A DNA stretch of 24,000 nucleotides. It comes from Candidatus Caldarchaeum sp. GTDB taxonomy: Archaea; Thermoproteota; Nitrososphaeria_A; Caldarchaeales; Caldarchaeaceae. The notes under the pieces are model-generated. The model was not told the origin of the DNA. It did no database searches and saw only the letters and a list, made by a program, of their open reading frames with translations. The stretch spans positions 2,655 through 26,654 of the forward strand of contig JAVQUC010000013.1 in assembly GCA_033580815.1 (NCBI GenBank), written 5' to 3'. The position numbers and the translations under genes were made by a program. Below, piece after piece: positions 8,983-16,426 of this stretch (position 1 is its first letter; every line of letters starts with the position of its first letter).

Positions 8983-9756
8983 TCAGTGTAGTAATCTTTG
9001 GGCCTCGGCGACTGTCTTGCCCTCATGCAGGATCGCCGATAGGGCTTTGACTATTTTGTCGGGGTTGGGATGCTGCCAAATGTTTCTCCCGATGGTGCCT
9101 CCGCAAGCACCAGCGTCCACAGCATCCTTTAACATCGTCAAAACCTCCGTAATGGTGTCCATCTTGGGTCCTCCCATGACCGTAATCGGAATAGGAGTAG
9201 ACTCGACAACTTCCTTAAACTTTGATGAAGGACCTACGTAAGCTGTTTTCACAAGGTCGCCACCGAGTTCAGCGCCCGTTCTCGCTGCGAGTTTAACTTT
9301 TTCGACTTCGTAAATCGTTTTTCCCGACTCGTCGCATGGCACTATTTCTACCATGTATGGCATCCCCCATTCTTCGCACGCTGCCGACACGTTCCATATG
9401 CTTTCCAACATCTTGTGATCTAAGGGGACAGGGCCGAAATAAGTTGTTTTTACAGCCTCTGCCCCGAGCTTAACTGCGTGTTCAACATATTTGTCATCGT
9501 ACGGAATTGAGACCACCATAGGTATTCTGTTTTTGATGCGATTCGTCAAATGTTTTGCCATGGCGGGTGTGACCAAAATTCCCTCCGCTCCCCCGCTGAC
9601 CACCTTCTCAACCACCTTCTCTATTTTTTCAAGCCCAGCGAAGCTGCCAAACGCTCCATGGTCCATTGCCACGATCAAAGCACGGTCATCGTCCCGGAAA
9701 ATGTTACGCAACCGCCTAGCTTTACCAACGGCAGAAACGCTCGATTCAAACATCAT
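8983..9756 (-). CDS. Class I aldolase of the archaeal fructose-bisphosphate aldolase / DhnA / LsrF family
   Basis: ALIVAMDHGAFGSF, Schiff-base-like GGDLVKTAYVG, phosphate-binding-like ITVMGGPK and GGTIGRNIWQHPNP. TATA-like tttaaata upstream on the minus strand. Confidence 0.88.
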   Translation of the reverse strand: MMFESSVSAVGKARRLRNIFRDDDRALIVAMDHGAFGSFAGLEKIEKVVEKVVSGGAEGILVTPAMAKHLTNRIKNRIPMVVSIPYDDKYVEHAVKLGAEAVKTTYFGPVPLDHKMLESIWNVSAACEEWGMPYMVEIVPCDESGKTIYEVEKVKLAARTGAELGGDLVKTAYVGPSSKFKEVVESTPIPITVMGGPKMDTITEVLTMLKDAVDAGACGGTIGRNIWQHPNPDKIVKALSAILHEGKTVAEAQRLLH

Positions 9757-9831
9757 TCCAATTCAGTTAATAATGTAAAGCCGCGTATTTAAACGTAGTA
9801 CTGTCGTTGCGACAAAAAAATGTGGGATAAT

Positions 9832-11586
9832 TCAGAGTGGACCGACTTTCTTACCTAGCCAGTTGTTCTCACGTAGGAATTTGTCGATTTCATCCGCAAC
9901 TGTTACCGCTATTTCAGCTCCGGGCAGCTTTCGTCCGAGCCCCTCCATTCCTTTGTCACGGGCGAGCGGTAGCAAGTAGGGATAGACCACACCGATAGCA
10001 TTGTCGGTTCCGAAGAAACTTTTTCCGGCCAAATCCACTAGTGAAACCATTCCTCCCCACATGTCGTCCATCTGCTTAAGGGCCGGTGACTGGTATGTCG
10101 ACAGCCTGACCGGAAGCCCAACTTCAAGGTTTTTCTTCAGTTCGACGGCTTTTGAAACCATGAATGATGCGAAGAGGAACGCTGCTTCCTGTCTAGGACT
10201 GTAGGCGGAAATCACCCATCCTGAGGGGTCGATGTAGCCTCGCGGTTTTCTTGGATGATAGTATGGCGCATACACTGGATATGGTGCAAACTCGAACTTG
10301 CCCCGAACCTTTGAGTCAGCAGCAGCGAGTCCGGTCGCCCAGTGGAAGTAGAAAGGCCACATGGTCGCGTAGTTTCCGTCGAACTTGAAAGCGTCGTGCG
10401 CTTCAACCACTCCGATCTCGTACGCTTTCGGAGGAACAAATTTCAACGAATCTTCCAGCCACCATTTGTACATGGCTTTGCCTCCTTCGCTGTCAAGCTT
10501 ACCGCCGTTTTTCGTCGATGCTCCACCTATCACTTCATCTTTAACGTTAATCCCCCAAGGAGTCGAAACGCCATCAATATGGGTCACTTCAAGCGGCATC
10601 TTTCCCTCTGGAGCGGGGTCTGAAAGCTGGAAGCAGTCATCCAATCCGTCGGCTATGTACCAGCCGAGCCAGTCTCCAGGCTTAACACCGGTGATGTATC
10701 CGTAAAAGTTCTTGTCAGGATCTGTGAAAAATTCTGCCACGTCCCGAGCTTTGTCGGTTGTCCAATCGTCTTCGACCTTCCCTGAACGTTGTGCATCGAT
10801 ATAGTATTGTCTCGGTGTCTTCAATTCGTAGCCATAACGACTTTTGAACTCTTGCTTATTCTTAGGATCTTCGAACACCTCCTTCAAGTAAACTGTTCCG
10901 GCGAAGGCGTTGTAGGCGTGAAGCGCGTAAAGGTTTCCTTTGCTGTCGCTGTAGCTCGCTCTGAGGAAGAAGTCTCCGATGTCGAAATGAGGCGGAGTGA
11001 GCTCAGGCTTTCTCCTTAACAGGTCTGAAATGTTGACAGCGCTTTTGTTATATATGTAGAAGCCGTTCATGTCTTGGTCTGTCCCGATCAAGTCGTATAT
11101 CCCAGCCTTGAGCTTGGCGTCTTCGATGCTCTTGAGGATCGTCTCAAAGTTGGACATCGCCTCAAAGGTCAGATTTATTCCTGTTATGTCTCTAAACCAT
11201 GGAGCGAGATTTTTCTCCTCCCATACCGCGCCGGGAACCGCTTCATACATTATCAGCAACGTTTGTCCGCGGTAAGGCTTCGACGCTCGCACGTAATGAA
11301 TTAGCTCTTCTTCAAGCTGACTCGGAGTTAGCACGGTGTCACGCCCTATCCAATCAATCAACCTGTATACGTTTCTTAGGTATCGCTCATCTTCGGGTCC
11401 GAGGCCCGGTGGAAACGCTGGTGTTGTGGGAGTTGCAACCGCGGTAACCGTGACTCTTTCCGTGATGACTCTGGTGACAGTTTCTCGAGCAACTTCGACC
11501 GGTCTGGAAAGAAATCCGACAACACCGCCAACGACCAGACCTGCAACAGTGCCAGCGGCAATTTTCAGCGCATTTCTTCTATCCAT
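9832..11586 (-). CDS. Large extracellular solute-binding protein of the glycerol/polyol-type ABC importer, Tat-like signal
   Basis: Internal ATG MDRRNALKIAAGTVAGLVVGGVVGF (twin Arg plus hydrophobic segment) preceded by SD-like ggag. Long periplasmic-binding-like domain. Placed at the head of the importer cluster. The track ORF's first 24 aa are probably untranslated. Confidence 0.88.
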   Translation of the reverse strand: MDRRNALKIAAGTVAGLVVGGVVGFLSRPVEVARETVTRVITERVTVTAVATPTTPAFPPGLGPEDERYLRNVYRLIDWIGRDTVLTPSQLEEELIHYVRASKPYRGQTLLIMYEAVPGAVWEEKNLAPWFRDITGINLTFEAMSNFETILKSIEDAKLKAGIYDLIGTDQDMNGFYIYNKSAVNISDLLRRKPELTPPHFDIGDFFLRASYSDSKGNLYALHAYNAFAGTVYLKEVFEDPKNKQEFKSRYGYELKTPRQYYIDAQRSGKVEDDWTTDKARDVAEFFTDPDKNFYGYITGVKPGDWLGWYIADGLDDCFQLSDPAPEGKMPLEVTHIDGVSTPWGINVKDEVIGGASTKNGGKLDSEGGKAMYKWWLEDSLKFVPPKAYEIGVVEAHDAFKFDGNYATMWPFYFHWATGLAAADSKVRGKFEFAPYPVYAPYYHPRKPRGYIDPSGWVISAYSPRQEAAFLFASFMVSKAVELKKNLEVGLPVRLSTYQSPALKQMDDMWGGMVSLVDLAGKSFFGTDNAIGVVYPYLLPLARDKGMEGLGRKLPGAEIAVTVADEIDKFLRENNWLGKKVGPL

Positions 11587-11783
11587 TTTTTCTCCAGAGC
11601 TCACAAACCTAAACATAGGCACTTCAACTATTAAATTTTTCCCCAAAAAAAACACCACGCAGCTACAGATTCAAAGTTCGAAATTATTTTCAAAATATTA
11701 TAAATGGCCTTACCTAGGAAGTCATCATAAAAATTTTCGTGCGTTAAAGAAATCATTTCCGCCGTGTTTTCTGAAAATGATGT

Positions 11784-12299
11784 CTATGTTTTCATTAGCA
11801 TTGCTTCGGTCGCCTTAACTATTACGAGGATTGAATTTCCAGGCTTGATGTCGAGGCGTGTTAGGCTCTCAGTAGTTATGACTGATTTGATTTCCTGCGC
11901 ACCGCTGAGCTCAACGTTTACGAGGCTTAGAATTTCACCGACGACGACGTCTTTAACGCGGCCCATGAGAACGTTACGGGCGCTCATTTTAAGTTCGATG
12001 ATAGATTTGACGAAACCGGGCTTTTTAGTCGATTGGGCGAGGTAATACTGCTCTAATATTTTATAGCCAAAGTCGGTGAGCCGTGTTTGACCGTGTTTCT
12101 TTCCTCCTCTAATTGACTGAACTGGTTTCCCTCCAAAGGCTTTTTCAATTTCTTTAATCCAGTTCAGGCCTGAGCGATAACTGATGCCCTGGTCAGCGGA
12201 TGCGGCGGCTATGCTTCCGGTTCGACGGACTGCTTCGAGGAATTCAAACCGACTGGGATGCAGCGATACAGTTCGCTCGCCGACGGTGATGGTTATCAT
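11784..12299 (-). CDS. ModE-like transcriptional regulator (N-terminal winged HTH plus Mop/TOBE domain)
   Basis: HTH SRFEFLEAVRRTGSIAAASADQGISYRSGLNWIKEIEK and Mop-like SARNVLMGRVKDVVVGEILSLVNVELSGAQEIKSVITTESLTRLDIKPGNSILVIVKATEAML. Divergent from molybdate/tungstate ABC genes. Start taken at the internal ATG, codon 10 of the track ORF. Confidence 0.88.
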   Translation of the reverse strand: MITITVGERTVSLHPSRFEFLEAVRRTGSIAAASADQGISYRSGLNWIKEIEKAFGGKPVQSIRGGKKHGQTRLTDFGYKILEQYYLAQSTKKPGFVKSIIELKMSARNVLMGRVKDVVVGEILSLVNVELSGAQEIKSVITTESLTRLDIKPGNSILVIVKATEAMLMKT

Positions 12300-12309
12300 G
12301 TCGACATGA
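12296..12309. promoter_or_regulatory. Perfect 14-bp palindrome TCATGTCGACATGA overlapping the ModE-like start codon; candidate operator
   Basis: Read directly in sequence. It spans the region from start codon to predicted transcription start of the regulator. Confidence 0.4.
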
Positions 12310-12328
12310 AGCGATATGAAAGGCAATC

Positions 12329-12344
12329 TTTAAATTTATATAAA
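12329..12344. promoter_or_regulatory. Shared or bidirectional TATA-rich promoter (tttaaatttatataaa) between the ModE-like gene and the tungstate/molybdate operon
   Basis: AT-rich TATA-like element in the 67-bp divergent intergenic region, about 27-35 bp from ATG 12367 and from the regulator start region. Confidence 0.6.
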
Positions 12345-12366
12345 CACACTATTGAGCGGGCTGTCG

Positions 12367-13230
12367 ATGCGAAAAACCAGCCTAACGGCAGTAACGGCCG
12401 CGTCCGTGGTATTCGCGACCATCTTATTAACCGCTGGCCTTAGAGACAATATTTTGAATCCCAAGCCTGTTGTGGTCTACTCAGCACCCACTTTGAGGGG
12501 TATTTCCGACGAACTCGTTAGGTTGGCTGACTTTTCAGTGGACGTACGGGTTTATGGAAGTGTTTTCGCGACAAACTTAATCAAATCGGGGAAAACACCG
12601 GATTTGCTGCTTTCAGTCGATAGCGAGCTGAAAAAGGGTTTGGAATACCGTGACGAAAGAGTCATCGGGATCTATCGTCTTGTCGTTGTCTGTAACAAGT
12701 ACTTTGACGGCGTCGAGGATTTAAAAACGGCTCGGCTGGGAATCGCCGACCCGAACCTAGCCCCCATCGGGTACAGGGCTTTGGCCGCATTGTATCTTCT
12801 TTCGATCTATGAGGGGTTAGACGTCGTCGATGAAGTCGAGGCGAAGTTGAACGTCAAGTATCAAAGACAGGGGGATTCGGTTTTTTTGGACGCCAGAACC
12901 ATCGAGGCTTCCGGCAGGTTTTACATGAGGCCTGACTTGGACGTGGTGAGTTCGCTACTCGAGGCCGGAACAGTCGACTGCATTTTCGCCCACATGCCCT
13001 TCGTCATAACCCGCGAGCTTCCCAACGATTTCAACCTGGTCGAGCTGCCGGAATGCTGTCGCTTCGAAAAGGACCCGCCGATTGACTTCTACGTCGACTT
13101 GTCGACTGGGCGGGTTAGAGTCGGTAGGTTTGAGGCCGTCGCGCTATCTTTTACTGAGAACGGTGATAAGCTCTTACGATTGATTGACAAAATAGACGTG
13201 AGCAAATACGGGTTCAGAAGGATGAGTTGA
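12367..13230 (+). CDS. wtpA: Tungstate/molybdate ABC transporter substrate-binding protein (WtpA-like)
   Basis: N-terminal TM/signal, VVVYSAPTLRGISDEL, PNLAPIGYRALAAL, LLEAGTVDCIFAHMPFVITRELPNDFNLVELP. Next to the ModE-like regulator, permease and ATPase. The track start is TTG 12352; ATG 12367 fits a leaderless start. Confidence 0.82.
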   Translation: MRKTSLTAVTAASVVFATILLTAGLRDNILNPKPVVVYSAPTLRGISDELVRLADFSVDVRVYGSVFATNLIKSGKTPDLLLSVDSELKKGLEYRDERVIGIYRLVVVCNKYFDGVEDLKTARLGIADPNLAPIGYRALAALYLLSIYEGLDVVDEVEAKLNVKYQRQGDSVFLDARTIEASGRFYMRPDLDVVSSLLEAGTVDCIFAHMPFVITRELPNDFNLVELPECCRFEKDPPIDFYVDLSTGRVRVGRFEAVALSFTENGDKLLRLIDKIDVSKYGFRRMS

Positions 13231-13231
13231 C

Positions 13232-13939
13232 ATGACGATTTTTGCCGTGAAAGTTATTGTCGTTTTAGCAGCGATTTCCTACGTTTCTTTTTTGCTATTA
13301 CCGGCCTTCCTTTATCAAGTCCTTCGTCTTCCGGATGAGGTGTGGACGCCTTTACTGAACTCGGTGTTGTATTCAACTGTTGCGACTTTCATCGTTCTTC
13401 CAGTTGCAATGCTTTTGGCTTTCTACATAAGTAGACGGAGCATGGGCGGCATAATGCCGTTACTCACATTTTCCACCGCCATCCCCCACACCGCTGTTGG
13501 ACTCCTTCTCCTTCCGCTGTTCACCCGAGCCGGAATAGTTGACACAGCACCGGCGGTAGTTGTTTCGATGGTTGTAGTGTCTCTTCCCATCGGAATTGGT
13601 ACCTTGGTCGCGACGTTCACTTCAACTCAGAGGTCTCTCGACGAAGTTCTCCAACCTCTTGGACTCGACGATTTCCAAATCCTGTGGTTTCACGTCAGAA
13701 CCTCTGCTATGGGTGTGTTGACTTCCTTTTTATTAACTTGGCTGAGAAGCTTTTCTGAGTTGGGTGCTTTCTTGATAGTGGCCAACAGGCCTACGACGGT
13801 TGGCATTCATCTCCTTGAGCTTTTTCACAAAGGCGGAGCAGCCGCATCAGTTCCATACGCCGTACTGCTGGGATTTATCGGGCTTCTCTTCAGCACGACG
13901 CTCTTTCTAATCTCTCGGAGAACATCGGCCGTGGTTTAA
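13232..13939 (+). CDS. wtpB: Tungstate/molybdate ABC transporter permease (WtpB/TupB-like)
   Basis: Hydrophobic; permease loop RSLDEVLQPLGLDDFQILWFHVRTSAMGVLTSFLLTWLRSFSELGAFLIV. Confidence 0.82.
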   Translation: MTIFAVKVIVVLAAISYVSFLLLPAFLYQVLRLPDEVWTPLLNSVLYSTVATFIVLPVAMLLAFYISRRSMGGIMPLLTFSTAIPHTAVGLLLLPLFTRAGIVDTAPAVVVSMVVVSLPIGIGTLVATFTSTQRSLDEVLQPLGLDDFQILWFHVRTSAMGVLTSFLLTWLRSFSELGAFLIVANRPTTVGIHLLELFHKGGAAASVPYAVLLGFIGLLFSTTLFLISRRTSAVV

Positions 13940-14599
13940 ATGTTCGAAGTACTCAACTTGGAAGTTGCCAGAAAAAAGTTCAAGCTATACGTTCCGAGTC
14001 TTAGGGCTGAAGGGAACGTGGTTCTTCTAGGACGCAACGGCTCCGGTAAATCGACTCTGTTAAAAACGTTGGTCGGATTCATCAAACCCATCAGAGGCCG
14101 CATTCTACTGAATGGACGAGAAATCACCCGTCTTCCTCCGAGCGGACGGGAGATCGGGTACCTACCGCAGGAGCCCGTGAGATTCCCGTTCGAGCCATGG
14201 AAAACGATTGAATTTTTCGCGAAGAAGTTTCGGGTCGACGGCAAAGCTTTGGTCAGCGAACTGGGTCTCTCGCACCTGCTTGAAAAGAGAGAGCTGTCGC
14301 AGGGTGAAAACCAGATGATCAACCTGGCCGTTCTCATGATGAAGAATCCGAAGTTGCTTCTGCTCGATGAGCCCACCGCAAGCCTCGACTTCATCAACAA
14401 GTTAATTTTCTGGAACCTGTTGAAAAACCTCCGCACAGACAAAATCTACGTCACCCACGACCCGATCGAGGCCTCGCTCGTCGCCGACAAAATCTACATG
14501 GTTGCCCATGGTCGTGTCAGCGGGCCTTACGATAATCCGTTAAGAAATCGGGTTGAAGCAATGTTGGATGAATTCAACCTATACAGGTTCTTCCAATAG
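13940..14599 (+). CDS. wtpC: Tungstate/molybdate ABC transporter ATP-binding protein (short, no TOBE domain)
   Basis: Walker A GRNGSGKST, signature LSQGE, Walker B LLLLDEP, VTHDPIEA. ATG immediately after the permease stop. Confidence 0.83.
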   Translation: MFEVLNLEVARKKFKLYVPSLRAEGNVVLLGRNGSGKSTLLKTLVGFIKPIRGRILLNGREITRLPPSGREIGYLPQEPVRFPFEPWKTIEFFAKKFRVDGKALVSELGLSHLLEKRELSQGENQMINLAVLMMKNPKLLLLDEPTASLDFINKLIFWNLLKNLRTDKIYVTHDPIEASLVADKIYMVAHGRVSGPYDNPLRNRVEAMLDEFNLYRFFQ

Positions 14600-14649
14600 C
14601 TTTATGCCATGGAAAAAATCTTAAGGTGGTGTGACGCGGGAATTGTTTG

Positions 14650-14750
14650 GGGGGTGTAGCCGAGCAAGGCCAAGGCGTCGGGCTCCAGGTCACATGTTCT
14701 GGTCGTGAGGCGTCACCCGAAGACCGTGGGTTCAAGTCCCACCACCCCCA
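14650..14750 (+). tRNA. tRNA-Trp (anticodon CCA at 14685-14687) with a 26-nt intron at 14689-14714 (position 37/38)
   Basis: Acceptor GGGGGTG/CACCCCC perfect, D-arm GCC..GGC, anticodon stem TCGGG/CCCGA, T-arm GTGGG TTCAAGT CCCAC, discriminator A. The mature form would be 75 nt. Bulge-helix-bulge: AG^G and TC^A bulges, inner helix TCAC/GTGA. Confidence 0.93.
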
Positions 14751-14753
14751 GCC

Positions 14754-15584
14754 CTACCCGATTCTTCCGAGATATTCTGGCTTGAGGAACCTTTCGAGGA
14801 AAAGCATGAAGACGATGCTTGAAAGCAGCAGAACTATGGCTGTTGCCGACGCGAACTGCATGTTGTAGCCGCTCGCACTGTAGAGTAGCATGGGCAACGT
14901 CACAACCGAAGGTAAACCGATGAAGAACGTTCCCACGAATTCGTCGAACGAGTACAGAAAAACGAAGACGCTGCTGGCGATAATTCCCGGGGTCGCCAAA
15001 GGAAATGTCACTCTGAAGAAAGTCGTGACGGGTGATGCTCCACTGATTCGCGCGGCCTCCTCAAGTCCGGGCGGGATAGAGCGGAAAGTCGCGGTGTTTA
15101 TCCAAATCGCGAAGACAAGACTGGGAACAACATGTGCTAAAACAACTCCAGGAATCGTTCCCACCAAATCGAGTGAGTAGAATACTCTCATTAGGTTGAT
15201 GTAAACGGGCTGCAGCGGAAAAGCCTGTGGCATAAGAAAGAGAAAAATCAGGGCTGGTTTGTAGGGTATTCTGTATCTGGCTAACGCGTAGCTGGTCGGC
15301 AACGATATCAGCATCGTTAGAGGCGTGACGATGAGGGCCACGACCACGCTGTTCCAGAAAGCATCGACTATGCTCACCGCCCCGATGGCCAACCCTCTCC
15401 TCATCCCCAGCGCTTCAAGCCAGTAATCCATGCCGAGCTCCTGCGGTACGGGGCTAGGCCAATACCATCGAATGGCTACGGACCATAGGACAAGGCTCAC
15501 AAACGGTGTGAATATCCACCAGAAAACTAACACAAGACCAACTAGCTTCAATGCTTGAAGCATTGTTTTCCGATTACCGCTCAT
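14754..15584 (-). CDS. ABC transporter permease (PotC-like)
   Basis: Multiple TM segments, permease loop IPPGLEEAARISGASPVTTFFRVTFPLATPGI. Confidence 0.9.
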   Translation of the reverse strand: MSGNRKTMLQALKLVGLVLVFWWIFTPFVSLVLWSVAIRWYWPSPVPQELGMDYWLEALGMRRGLAIGAVSIVDAFWNSVVVALIVTPLTMLISLPTSYALARYRIPYKPALIFLFLMPQAFPLQPVYINLMRVFYSLDLVGTIPGVVLAHVVPSLVFAIWINTATFRSIPPGLEEAARISGASPVTTFFRVTFPLATPGIIASSVFVFLYSFDEFVGTFFIGLPSVVTLPMLLYSASGYNMQFASATAIVLLLSSIVFMLFLERFLKPEYLGRIG

Positions 15585-16416
15585 AGATACCCCTCTTAGT
15601 CATTTGCCTCAGGTAGTATACTGAAAAGAAGCCGACCATTAGGTAAGATATCACGCCGAGGGCGTTGGCCGTCCCCCAGTCGCCGAAAAGCGTTACTCTG
15701 TGGGCCATGTCAACCGTAATCGTTGTTGGTTTGGCTCCGCCGATGAGCATGTAGGGAAGCGTGAATGTGCTCAGGTTTGATGCAAAGGTTAGGATGAACG
15801 CAATCGCTATGTTCGCTCTCGCCATTGGCAAGAGAATTCGGAGTAACACGGTAGCGTTTCCCGCACCCGACACTTTCGCGGCTTCGACGTAGCTGTCGCG
15901 AATCATGAGGAAGCCGCTCAAAATGATCAAGGTCATGAACGGCGTCTGTTTCCAGACGAAGCCAATTAAAAGGCCCCTCCAGTCAAACAGCTGCAATGGG
16001 TTGGATAAATCAATTAGCCCGAATTGCGCAAACAACGTGTTCAAAGTTCCGTGAGGAGCGAGGTAGGTTCTCATCATCTGCGCGACCACGACCATGGGCA
16101 CGAAAATCGGAACCCGGAAAACTTGGTTGAAGAAACTTTTGATGCGTTTGTCGACGGTTATCTTGAAGTAGAAGGCGGCCAGTATCCCTATCAATCCCGA
16201 AAACAACGTGGCGAGAACGGACACCGCTAAGCTAAAAACCACGTCGTCTCGGTAGGCCGTGAAGACGGTCACGTAGTTGGAGACACCTATTCCGCCGTTT
16301 TCCTCCAAAAAACTCAGCAAAACGCTCGAAGCGAAAGGATAGACGTAAAAAGGGAGGAAAATCGCGAGCGAAGGTGCTAGAAAAAGGTATGGGAGAATTT
16401 TTTGGCCGGGTTTCAT
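15574..16416 (-). CDS. ABC transporter permease (PotB-like)
   Basis: Multiple TM segments, loop IRDSYVEAAKVSGAGNATVLLRILLPMARANI. Overlaps the next permease gene. Confidence 0.9.
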   Translation of the reverse strand: MKPGQKILPYLFLAPSLAIFLPFYVYPFASSVLLSFLEENGGIGVSNYVTVFTAYRDDVVFSLAVSVLATLFSGLIGILAAFYFKITVDKRIKSFFNQVFRVPIFVPMVVVAQMMRTYLAPHGTLNTLFAQFGLIDLSNPLQLFDWRGLLIGFVWKQTPFMTLIILSGFLMIRDSYVEAAKVSGAGNATVLLRILLPMARANIAIAFILTFASNLSTFTLPYMLIGGAKPTTITVDMAHRVTLFGDWGTANALGVISYLMVGFFSVYYLRQMTKRGIYER

Positions 16417-16426
16417 ATTCCAAGCG

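Noticed and set aside
11752-11781. Inverted repeat ATCATTT...AAATGAT downstream of the ModE-like gene
   Set aside because: Short arms with a long AT-rich spacer near a gene end; expected often by chance and no oligo-T tract typical of a terminator follows clearly.
11336-11818. 160-aa + strand ORF
   Set aside because: Antisense to the N-terminus of the binding protein and its upstream region; low-complexity Thr/Val stretch mirrors the linker.
13936-14442. 168-aa - strand ORF
   Set aside because: Antisense to the well-supported WtpC-like ATPase; composition is that of a reverse-complement shadow.
14650-14750. Interpretation of the tRNA as an intronless class II (Leu/Ser) tRNA with long variable arm
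   Set aside because: A perfect 5-bp anticodon stem TCGGG/CCCGA, CTCCAG..A loop and BHB-like splice bulges fit tRNA-Trp(CCA) with an intron and a 5-nt variable loop much better.
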